Below are positions 49,986 through 58,783 of a stretch of DNA of 64,000 nucleotides, piece by piece; position 1 is the first letter of the stretch; each line of letters begins with the position of its first letter. The stretch is from a bacterium. GTDB taxonomy: Bacteria > Zhuqueibacterota > Zhuqueibacteria > Residuimicrobiales > Krinioviventaceae. A program made the translations under genes and the position numbers. The stretch spans positions 6,016,001 to 6,080,000 of the forward strand of contig OY843751.1 in assembly GCA_963693055.1 (NCBI GenBank), written 5' to 3'. The notes beneath the pieces are model-generated. The model was not told the origin of the DNA. It made no database searches and was given only the letters and a program-made list of their open reading frames with translations.

Positions 49986-50924
49986 TCACTCCGGTATAGG
50001 ATCACACCCTAACCCTTCAGGACAAACCTGGGTTTCCGATAACACAAAGTCGTCGAACAGAATCACCTCATCTTTAACGGGCATATAACGCTCGTCACGT
50101 CCGCCATAAAAGGTGGAAAAATACGCACCATCAATCAAAAGCTTGTCTGTGGGAACGGTAGATGCTCTGAATTCGAATCCCCGCAGATCTACAACCAGCT
50201 TGCCATCGTACCAGGCCTGTGCAATACCATTTTTTGCACCAATATTGTTTACTACTACCCTAACAGTGATATGATGCCACTCGCCTTTGGTTAAATGAAT
50301 ATAATCTTTTTTATCCACTTTAGGCATTACACCGGTACTGACATCATGCGGTTTGGGGTTATGCTGGAAATAGTAAACATCTCCCCATTTACCTATCTGA
50401 TCTTTGTGATATACATAGAGTTTAATCTGGTCTTCCGGTCCCCAGTGCATACGACAGCTCCATCCATCTGTACCTGTGGGTTTATTGCCCCCGGTGTTTG
50501 CTTTGCCGCCCACCAGGCCATGAAGTTTCCCACCTGCACGAAATTCGAGCGTATCTGGGAAAAATACCCAATAGCTTAAGAAAGCTTCATAGGCGGGTTC
50601 AATGGGTTTCCAGAACCAGGATGCACCAGAGCGTAAGGACCGAACCTGGCGATGTGGATATTTCACCATCAAGACTTTATCTCTGGCAGGATCTTTATCC
50701 TGAATAATCTGTGCCCGCTGAAACGGCCAATAGGTACCCCACGATTTTAACGATCCAAAATCCCGTTTTACATCAGCATTGCCATACGTTTCATCATCAA
50801 TATGCCGGTTAAAATCAACCCGGGCCTTTACTTCCGGGGGATCAGTATCTTGCTTAACCGGTTGATAACTGCATGAAAAAAACAGAAGAGAAATAGATAA
50901 CAATATTAGAAATCTGACTTGCAT
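49986..50924 (-). CDS. Polysaccharide lyase family 14-like lipoprotein
   Basis: Lipobox FFSC; LSYWVFFP..F..GGKLHGL.GG; GWSCRMHW; YFSTFYGG. Confidence 0.8.
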   Translation of the reverse strand: MQVRFLILLSISLLFFSCSYQPVKQDTDPPEVKARVDFNRHIDDETYGNADVKRDFGSLKSWGTYWPFQRAQIIQDKDPARDKVLMVKYPHRQVRSLRSGASWFWKPIEPAYEAFLSYWVFFPDTLEFRAGGKLHGLVGGKANTGGNKPTGTDGWSCRMHWGPEDQIKLYVYHKDQIGKWGDVYYFQHNPKPHDVSTGVMPKVDKKDYIHLTKGEWHHITVRVVVNNIGAKNGIAQAWYDGKLVVDLRGFEFRASTVPTDKLLIDGAYFSTFYGGRDERYMPVKDEVILFDDFVLSETQVCPEGLGCDPIPE

Positions 50925-51180
50925 ATGTCACTCCCACAATGGATTAAAAATTCTTGGTTAATAACAAAGTCGAATAAAGTTTTGTTCCAATCTATTTCAA
51001 AAATTGAGAATGAAATATTTTCATTCTCAAAAAATATTAGGATAATTGAGATACAATTAATATACTATTTTAGCAATTGTGGGTATTTGCATGGGCAAAG
51101 TTTTCTTTTTGTATAAAACATATATTTGAGTATATCTTTATTAAAATAGAAATATCTATAATTTTTTGAAAGGGGATATT

Positions 51181-52506
51181 ATGTTATTTTATTTAATGCT
51201 TGGAGTCTCGATTATTCAACTAATTATTCTAATGTTTATCTTAATATTAAATTCTAAACACTCAAATTTAATAAGGAATATTGAAGAAATAAAAAGTAAT
51301 ACTATTAGTAACCTAAGAGAAGAATTGCGAATTGCGAGAGAAGAGTCAGGAAGAATATCTCAACAATTAAGACAGGAAATTATTACTTTACAAAATTCTA
51401 ATGCTAAAACTTTAGTTACTACAATAAGTGAAATGGGAAAATCACAAAACACATCTCTAGAATCAGTTACCAAAGAAATAAAAGCTTTGAATTTATCAAA
51501 TGAAAATAGATTAGAAAAACTTAGACAAACAGTAGATGATAAATTAACACGACTTCAAGAAAACAATGAAAAAAAACTAGATGAAATGAGGTTGACTGTT
51601 GATGAAAAGCTTCATAATACATTAGAAAAAAGATTAGGGGAAAGTTTTAAACTTGTGAACCAGCAACTCGAAGCTGTGCAGTTAGGTTTAGGGGAGATGA
51701 GAAGCTTAGCTACAGGTGTTGGTGATTTAAAAAAAGTTCTTTCAAATGTAAAAACTCGAGGAACCTTTGGAGAAGTTCAATTAGGTGCAATATTAGAAGA
51801 AATTTTATCTTCTGAACAATTCGAAAAAAATGTTAGAATAAGGGAGACTTCAAGAGAAATTGTTGAATATGCAGTTCGTTTACCTGGAGCATCTAACGAA
51901 GTGGGAGAATGTATTTATTTACCTATAGATTCTAAATTTCCACAAGAAGATTATCAAAGACTTGTTGATGCTTCAGAAATAGGGGATATAGATAATATCA
52001 AAAATTTTAAAAATTCTCTTGCAAATAATATTAAAAAGAATGCAAAAGACATACAAACAAAGTATATAGTACCTCCCAATACTACCGATTTTGCAATAAT
52101 GTTTCTACCGACAGAGGGATTATATGCTGAAGTTTTAAAATATCCTGGGCTTGTAGATGAGTTGATAAGGAATTATCATATAGTGGTTGCTGGTCCAACA
52201 ACTTTAGCTGCTATATTAAGTAGTCTTAGAATGGGATTTAAAACACTGGCAATTGAAAAAAGATCAAGTGAAGTTTGGAAAATTCTAGGAGCAGTGAAAA
52301 CAGAATTTAGTAAGTATGGTATTGTTTTAGATAAGTTAAAATCTCAGTTAGCAACAGCATCTAAAACAGTAGAAGAAACTGGTAAAAGAACACGTGCTAT
52401 GGAAAGAAAATTATCTGATGTAGAAAAATTACCGGAAAACGAAACATCAAAATTATTAAACATTACTGAAAAATTTATTTCTAATGAAGAGGTTGAATCA
52501 AATTAA
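51181..52506 (+). CDS. rmuC: DNA recombination protein RmuC
   Basis: N-terminal TM, coiled coil, KTRGTFGEVQL, LPIDSKFP, TTDFAIMFLPTEGLYAE, GPTTL; ATG at 51181 after GGGG. Confidence 0.93.
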   Translation: MLFYLMLGVSIIQLIILMFILILNSKHSNLIRNIEEIKSNTISNLREELRIAREESGRISQQLRQEIITLQNSNAKTLVTTISEMGKSQNTSLESVTKEIKALNLSNENRLEKLRQTVDDKLTRLQENNEKKLDEMRLTVDEKLHNTLEKRLGESFKLVNQQLEAVQLGLGEMRSLATGVGDLKKVLSNVKTRGTFGEVQLGAILEEILSSEQFEKNVRIRETSREIVEYAVRLPGASNEVGECIYLPIDSKFPQEDYQRLVDASEIGDIDNIKNFKNSLANNIKKNAKDIQTKYIVPPNTTDFAIMFLPTEGLYAEVLKYPGLVDELIRNYHIVVAGPTTLAAILSSLRMGFKTLAIEKRSSEVWKILGAVKTEFSKYGIVLDKLKSQLATASKTVEETGKRTRAMERKLSDVEKLPENETSKLLNITEKFISNEEVESN

Positions 52507-52578
52507 GTTAGAATCTATTATTTTCAATTTAAATATTTTACACGGATGAATATATTGAATTCAAGGATTTAAAAAAAT

Positions 52579-52603
52579 CGTGACAGAGATTATCTCCGCC
52601 GCA
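52579..52603. repeat. REP-like palindrome copy 4 (degenerate)
   Basis: CGTGACAGAGATTATCTCCGCCGCA, shares GAGATTATC core with copy 3. Confidence 0.5.
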
Positions 52604-52609
52604 TCAGTT

Positions 52610-52708
52610 GGAAGTGTAAAGATTTTTGTGTAAATCATGAACAAGGGTTCAATAACCCGTAGGGTTATTGAATTTCGATCGCTGATTGATTTGCACACAC
52701 TTTTCCAA
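52610..52708. mobile_element. Putative IS256-type MITE or orphan end
   Basis: IR-like GGAAGTGTAAAGATTTTTGTGTAAATCA; hairpin TTCAATAACCC-GTA-GGGTTATTGAA; partial opposite IR TGATTTGCACA at 52687. Confidence 0.5.
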
Positions 52709-54040
52709 GGGACTGTAAATTCGCTTGTGTTTTAAAAACAAATATTACATTTTATTAAATACAGGAGAATTTACCAATGAAACTTACACCTGAAATTATT
52801 AAACAACTTGAAAAAGATTTTGAAAATTGCAAGACAGCAGACGATCTGCTGGGCAAAAATGGTCTGGTCAAGAATTTGATTAAGGGCATATCAGACCAAA
52901 TTATGGAAGCTGAAATGACCCAGCACTTGGGCTATGAGAGACATTCTTCAGAAGGTGATAACAGTGGCAATAGTAGAAACGGTCACAGCAGCAAAACAGT
53001 GAAGACAGATTTTGGTGAAATTGACATCAAAATCCCCCGTGATCGGAATGGAGAATTTGACCCGGTACTTGTCAAAAAGCACCAGCGTGATCTGGGCAAA
53101 ATAGATGAAATTATCGTTGCCTTATATGCCAAAGGTCTGAGTACAAGAGACATCAAAGACCACCTGGAAACACTTTACGGCCTGGACGCTTCCCCAACAT
53201 TTATTTCCAATGTTACCGAACGGGTACGCGAGCTTGTCGTTGAATGGCAGTCAAGACCGTTGGATAGCGTTTATCCTATTGTTTATTTGGATGCTATCCA
53301 CTATAAGATACGTGACGAAGGGCGTATTATAAACAAGGCCGCCTATACTGTACTGGGAATCAATGGTGAAGGCTTTAAGGATTTACTTGGTATTTGGATC
53401 GACCAGTCCGAGGGCGCCAATTTCTGGCTGTCTGTTTTAACCGATATACGAAACCGTGGGGTTGAAGATATTCTGATTGCATGCGTAGATGGGCTGAAAG
53501 GCTTTCCGGATGCTATTGCCAGCATTTTTCCCGATACTGAAGTCCAGCTTTGTATCATCCATCAAATCCGTAACTCGCTTCGTTATGTTGCATCAAAACA
53601 TCAAAAAGAATTTATCAAAGATCTGAAGCTGGTTTATCAAAGCACAACTAAAGAAAACGCTGAACTGCAACTGGATCGCCTTGAACAAAAATGGGGGGTC
53701 AAATATCCCATTGTTATCAATTCCTGGAGAAAAAACTGGGACAACCTGTCCAACTATTTTAAATATCCCGAAGAAATTCGGCGAATGATCTATACCACAA
53801 ATAGTGTAGAGGCTCTGCACCGACAGCTTCGCAAAGTCACTAAAACCAAATCTCTGTTCCCCCACGATGATGCGTTGAAAAAAATGCTGTTTCTGGCCTA
53901 CAGGGATATTGCTAAAAAATGGTCGCAGCCCATCAGAAACTGGGCCTTTGTTGTTTCTCAATTTTCTATTATATTTAAAGACAGGATGAAAATCCAAATA
54001 TAGCACTACTATTCATTTACACAAAAAAGTTTACAGTCTC
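52709..54040 (+). mobile_element. IS256 family insertion sequence
   Basis: Left IR GGGACTGTAAA..TTGTGT, right IR (rc) GAGACTGTAAA..TTGTGT; no target duplication found; left end could alternatively be 52610. Confidence 0.85.
52777..54003 (+). CDS. IS256 family transposase
   Basis: HLGYERH, NSRNGH, PRDRNGEF, YLDAIHYK, DGLKGF, QLCIIHQIRNS, IYTTNSVE. Confidence 0.96.
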   Translation: MKLTPEIIKQLEKDFENCKTADDLLGKNGLVKNLIKGISDQIMEAEMTQHLGYERHSSEGDNSGNSRNGHSSKTVKTDFGEIDIKIPRDRNGEFDPVLVKKHQRDLGKIDEIIVALYAKGLSTRDIKDHLETLYGLDASPTFISNVTERVRELVVEWQSRPLDSVYPIVYLDAIHYKIRDEGRIINKAAYTVLGINGEGFKDLLGIWIDQSEGANFWLSVLTDIRNRGVEDILIACVDGLKGFPDAIASIFPDTEVQLCIIHQIRNSLRYVASKHQKEFIKDLKLVYQSTTKENAELQLDRLEQKWGVKYPIVINSWRKNWDNLSNYFKYPEEIRRMIYTTNSVEALHRQLRKVTKTKSLFPHDDALKKMLFLAYRDIAKKWSQPIRNWAFVVSQFSIIFKDRMKIQI

Positions 54041-54399
54041 TTCTTAAACGTAATTTTCAAACTGAGGAAAAGACGATTTAATTTACTTAATTTATTGAAT
54101 TTTAATAAAAGTTCAAATACACCTATTAATTAAAAAATCTAAAAATTAAAAAACTTCTTTTTCAATTTTAACCTATAAAGATTACCTAAATACCTTATTT
54201 TTTTTATATATTCAATATATTATTTAATCTTTCAGTTAGTTCAATTTTCCTTTGAAAAGGTATCTTGTTTTCATAATAGAATTCAAAATTATCAATAGCT
54301 AATTTTTTTTGTTGAATAGAATTGTTGTAATGCTTATCTTTGAATTTGAGAAATGGGCCAAAATTATTAAATTAGATAAAACAGAACAAAGGAGGCCCA

Positions 54400-54705
54400 T
54401 TGAGTACCCGACAACGATTTACAGCCGAAGCCAAAGTACAGATACTACGTGAACATTTGGAAAATAATGTCAAGATATCCGAATTAGCTGAAAAATATAA
54501 AGTTCATCCTGGTGTGATCCAGCGATGGAAAAAAGAACTCTTTGAAAACGCACTTGATGGTTTTTCCGGCCAGCATAAAAATCGTAAAGATAAAACCCGC
54601 AAAGAAGAACAACTTGAGCATAAAGTGATCAAAATGCAGGAAGTGATTACCGAGCTGTCAACAGAGGTGATTGATTTGCGAAAAAAGTATTTTGGGGCCC
54701 CCTGA
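54400..54705 (+). CDS. IS3 family OrfA (HTH)
   Basis: RQRFTAEAKVQIL..ISELAEKYKVHP..IQRWKK; GGAGG SD before TTG. Confidence 0.88.
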   Translation: MSTRQRFTAEAKVQILREHLENNVKISELAEKYKVHPGVIQRWKKELFENALDGFSGQHKNRKDKTRKEEQLEHKVIKMQEVITELSTEVIDLRKKYFGAP

Positions 54706-55673
54706 AAGATCGTTGGGTAGCCCCTGACATACGCGATGACATTATCACTACATTTGACCGGTTAAAAACACAAACCCATGTGCCAGTTAACACCTTGCTC
54801 AACGCGGCAGGATTATCGTGGGCCAGGTACCATGACTGGCAAAAACGATTTGGACAACCCAATAGGCACAACAGCGATACGCCGCGCGACTTTTGGCTTG
54901 AGCCGTGGGAAAAACAGGCGATAATTGATTACAAAAAAGATCACATGGAAACCGGATATAGACGTTTAACCTATGAGATGCTGGATAACGACATTGTTGC
55001 CGTCAGCCCGTCAACAAGCTACAGGATATTGCGTCTGGCAGGCTTGACAAGTCGTTGGAATAACAAGACCTTAGAGGTAAAACGGAAAGGATTCGTGCAG
55101 CCAAAGAAACCTCATGAGCACTGGCACATGGACATATCCTATGTCAACTTTCATGGATCACACCTGTTTTTGATCTCTGTACTTGACGGATATTCCCGCT
55201 TTATTGTGCACCATGAGCTCAGAACACATATGCAGGAATACGATGTGGAGATCGTACTTCAACGGGCTCTGGAAAAATATCCGGACAAGACACCAAGGAT
55301 CATTTCAGATAATGGCACCCAGTTCATTGCCAACGATTTTAAATCCTTTTTGAGATTGAACAATCTGACACATGTACGAACATCGGTCAATCATCCACAA
55401 GCAAATGGAAAACAGGAAGCATTCCACAAGACAATCAAAAATGAATGTATTCGTGTTAAAAGCTTTCTGGGTTTGGAGGATGCGAGAAAAATAGTTGCTG
55501 AATATGTTCATGAATATAACCATAAACGACTGCATAGCGGCATAAACTATATCGCTCCGTATGATATGTTATGTGGCCGGGCTGAAATCATTTTCAAAGA
55601 ACGTGATTTGAAACTTGAACAAGCACGACAAAGACGAAAGGAAAAGGCACAACTTGAACGAAAAGCAGCTTAG
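54687..55673 (+). CDS. IS3 family OrfB (DDE core), reached by -1 frameshift
   Basis: A-AAA-AAG slippery site 54681-54687 followed by a GGGGC..GCCCC stem; WHMDISY, LDGYSR, SDNGTQF, HPQANGKQE, YN..RLHSGI.Y. Confidence 0.9.
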   Translation, partial: VFWGPLKDRWVAPDIRDDIITTFDRLKTQTHVPVNTLLNAAGLSWARYHDWQKRFGQPNRHNSDTPRDFWLEPWEKQAIIDYKKDHMETGYRRLTYEMLDNDIVAVSPSTSYRILRLAGLTSRWNNKTLEVKRKGFVQPKKPHEHWHMDISYVNFHGSHLFLISVLDGYSRFIVHHELRTHMQEYDVEIVLQRALEKYPDKTPRIISDNGTQFIANDFKSFLRLNNLTHVRTSVNHPQANGKQEAFHKTIKNECIRVKSFLGLEDARKIVAEYVHEYNHKRLHSGINYIAPYDMLCGRAEIIFKERDLKLEQARQRRKEKAQLERKAA

Positions 55674-57732
55674 AGTTTTTTTTCGAATCCCTTCTCACAA
55701 GTGTTGGAAGGGTGAGGAGAAAAAACTCGGACTATAACTTATTTTAAAGTGGCCTTTTCTCAAATTTTCCTTGAACCATTACATTGTTTAATAATCGGAA
55801 GAATAAATCATTTACCCTTTTGTCTTTTTCAAATGTAACTTTTTTAAATTTATTAAGAACCGAAAACCAATTTCTACATAAATCAATATCTGTTTCCTTC
55901 TCTAATTCAATTACTTTTCTTTCTAAATAAAGATTTCTTAAATCTTCGTTAATAGATTGCTTTAAATATTCTAAAATATTTGCGTAAAATGTTCTTTTCC
56001 TTTCTGTTCCTTTAAATAATAAACCCAAATTGTCAAGCGTTTTAAATAAAGTATCTTTTGGCAAAATATTTATCTCATTAACTATTAATGGTAGATACTT
56101 ATTTTGGCTATCAATAGAAAGGTCAGATGTTTCATTTATTAGCGAATTGACTATTTTTACTTTTTGTTCAAAATCAGTAATATTGCTCCAATTATCAATT
56201 AGTAATTTATTGCTTTTCTCAACAGTTTTAACACAAATTTCAGAAAAGAGTGATATACATTTCTCAGATTGGGTTTCATCCAACATGTCAAAATAGAAAA
56301 AACAAATTTCTGTCATTTGAAATTTGGTTGTTATTGACAACTCTAGTTGTGAGTTTTGTAAAATTTTTGTAAGATGACTTAAAGTTATCGTATCCTTGTC
56401 TAAGTCTTTAAATATTTTATATAAATAGTCAATAGCTAAAGAAATTGTTTCAACATTGGGAGGTACAAGTAAATTATAAAGCAAATTTAAATATTCTTTT
56501 TGTTTGTTTACAGATAGTTTATAAAACACCAAGGATAAAATAGCACAAAAAGATGAACGTTCTTGAATAGATACTGTAGAATTGTTTGCATTTAAAATGT
56601 TTTGTGGATTATTTGGTTTAATAATTAAATCAACAAAACTGTTATTTGTATATTGTATATAATAGGTTAAAAAGCTTATTACAACATTAACAAATTCTTC
56701 ATTTTGTAATGTGATAACATTGTTTATTACGTTTGCAATCTTCTGAATAAATGATTCTTCAACTGACTCATTTATAATTGTGTTGTTGTCATTAACAAGT
56801 TTAAATATATTTTTTGTAAATTCTATTTTTTCTGGTGTAACATGATTTGACAAATTTTCAAATATATCATTATTGTCATCTGATGAAAATGTTGTTATAA
56901 AACTATTAAAAAAAGAAAGAGAGTATATTATAATTTGATCGTCATCGTTTTCAAATAGTTTTATTAATTCTTCTTTGAGTAAAGTTTTATTTTCATCTAT
57001 AAGATTATTGTGCTGAATGTTCAAAAAATTTAATATTTCATGAGTTCTTTTTATATCTTCAATATTAGAGTAATGAGGTATTTCTTTTATTAATGCTTTG
57101 ATTATATTGTTATTTAACTCTTTTGGTATTTCACTTTTTATTCTTTCTAAATCATCAAGAACATTGCTATAATAAGAGCTTGTTTTCATTAATTTTGAGT
57201 AAATAGGAATCAATTTACTAAAATTGTTTTTTATGATTCCTACCCGTAGTATTTCAAAGGCTTCCATGACTTTTTTATATTCTTCATTTTTATCCTCTTC
57301 TTCACCATCTAACTTTAACAAGTATTCCAATATATAATCAAGTATTTCGCTAAAGAAGATTTCCAAAATATCTTTATTATCTCGAAATTGAATTATTTTT
57401 TCAATAAAATATATTATATCAATAAACTCATGCTCTTCGATTTCATCCCCAGCTTCTATTTCAACATTTTGATCCAAATTTTGTTTTATAAAGGAACAAA
57501 TATATCCAATGTGTTCACTTGATGTGATCAATTTATAATTTAATAATACTTTTTCTAATATAATTTTATTGTTTTCAACATTATTTTTAATAATTAGAAA
57601 CATCTGAAATATTGGATTTTTTCATATTGAACTAATAAATTGAGTTCAATTTTCCAAAGAGAATGAAATATTTATAAAATCTATAACATTTAAAATTGTT
57701 CTTTGACAAAATTTACTATCATTACTCTAATA

Positions 57733-58783
57733 CATAGGTTATATACCTACGAAATGGCTCAAGTGGTTAATGTAACCATACGCCTGATATTATAAACCCA
57801 TGCTGCAATCACAAATTCAAAACGATTTCGGCCCATATCATAATAACTGCACCGATCATAATCTAATACTTGCTTCATAAAGGCAAACGGTCTTTCAACT
57901 GCATTCCGAACTTTAGATAATTGCTTATTTCTTTTTACCTGCTTTGATGTCAAATTTCGGTTTCTATATCCTTTATCAAGAATGCCGCAATAGACTCCTT
58001 TGCCTCGCAGGTTGCACTTGCGGGCTTTGTTCGTGTAACCTTTATCTGCGAACACCGCATTTTCTTTTTCTGTTATCAGATCCGGAAAAAGATTTGTGTC
58101 GTGAATACTTGCGCTGGTAAACTCTACAGAATGAATAATATCACTGTCCAAATCTGTACCAATATGGCCTTTGTAGCCATAATGCGTTTTGCCACGTTTC
58201 TTTGTGAAATCTGCATCACGATCACGCTTGCTTCCTGGTTTCGCTTGTGCTTGTTTTATAGTTGCATCAACAAGTGTTCCTTTGCCAACGATCAGACCCA
58301 TTTTTTCAAGCTGTTTGTTGAATTGCCGGAACAGTATTTTATCAAGACCAAGACGGGCAAATAGTTCACGATATCGGCAGATAGTGGTTTCGTCAGGGAT
58401 TGCATCCGCACTGGTCAGTTCCAGAAACAATTGAAAACTACGTCGATCCGCAATCTCTTCTTCCAGGCGAGGATCGGATAAACCATAGATACGTTGTAAT
58501 AAAAAACAACGAACAATAACTAACAAATCAAATGACGGCTTGCCTGCATTTGATTTTCTGGTTTTTGATTGTTCAATACGTTCTTCAATGGGTTCAAGTA
58601 AATTTTGCCAATCAATTTTTTCTTTGATAATTTCCAGAGCTTGTTTGCTTTGGGTTTTTATATGCTTTTTGAAATTTTCATTTGCTGCTGTGGTAAACAA
58701 GTCTTCATTGTTTATTCTATTGCGACCCATGTAAAACTCCAGTTTTTTTTATCATACAGCAAATTAGTAAATTATTACCTTTG
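57733..58783 (-). mobile_element. IS5 family insertion sequence
   Basis: Short imperfect IRs CATAGGTTATA / CAAAGGTAATA (rc); flanking 9-bp near-repeat ACTCTAATA (57724) / ATTCTAATA (58784); ends uncertain by a few bp. Confidence 0.75.
57759..58730 (-). CDS. IS5 family transposase
   Basis: LQRIYGLSD, IPDETTICRYRE, LVDAT, YGYKGH, FADKGY, R..VERPF. Confidence 0.95.
   Translation of the reverse strand: MGRNRINNEDLFTTAANENFKKHIKTQSKQALEIIKEKIDWQNLLEPIEERIEQSKTRKSNAGKPSFDLLVIVRCFLLQRIYGLSDPRLEEEIADRRSFQLFLELTSADAIPDETTICRYRELFARLGLDKILFRQFNKQLEKMGLIVGKGTLVDATIKQAQAKPGSKRDRDADFTKKRGKTHYGYKGHIGTDLDSDIIHSVEFTSASIHDTNLFPDLITEKENAVFADKGYTNKARKCNLRGKGVYCGILDKGYRNRNLTSKQVKRNKQLSKVRNAVERPFAFMKQVLDYDRCSYYDMGRNRFEFVIAAWVYNIRRMVTLTT

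Larger units (their letters stand above)
54326..55783 (+). mobile_element. IS3 family insertion sequence
   Basis: IRs TGTAATGCTT..AATTTGAGAAA and TGTAATGGTT..AATTTGAGAAA (rc); 4-bp duplication TTGT at 54322-54325 and 55784-55787. Confidence 0.93.
54204..57603 (-). pseudogene. AT-rich helical protein (about 645 aa reconstructed) interrupted by IS3 about 40 codons before its stop
   Basis: Removing IS 54326-55783 plus one TTGT joins ...NDLFFRLLNN in frame to SIQQKKLAIDNFEFYYENKIPFQRKIELTERLNNILNI* (TAA 54204-54206). Confidence 0.75.

Noticed and set aside
39660-52600. Integron cassette array
   Set aside because: No integrase, genes are in mixed orientation, and the hairpins lack RYYYAAC/GTTRRRY attC ends
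57622-57648. Possible TGA recoding (Trp/Gly/Sec) in the KAP locus
   Set aside because: Trp is TGG in both flanking ORFs, TGA ends other genes in the window, the two TGAs are clustered, and no SECIS-like hairpin was seen; decay or a gene boundary is simpler
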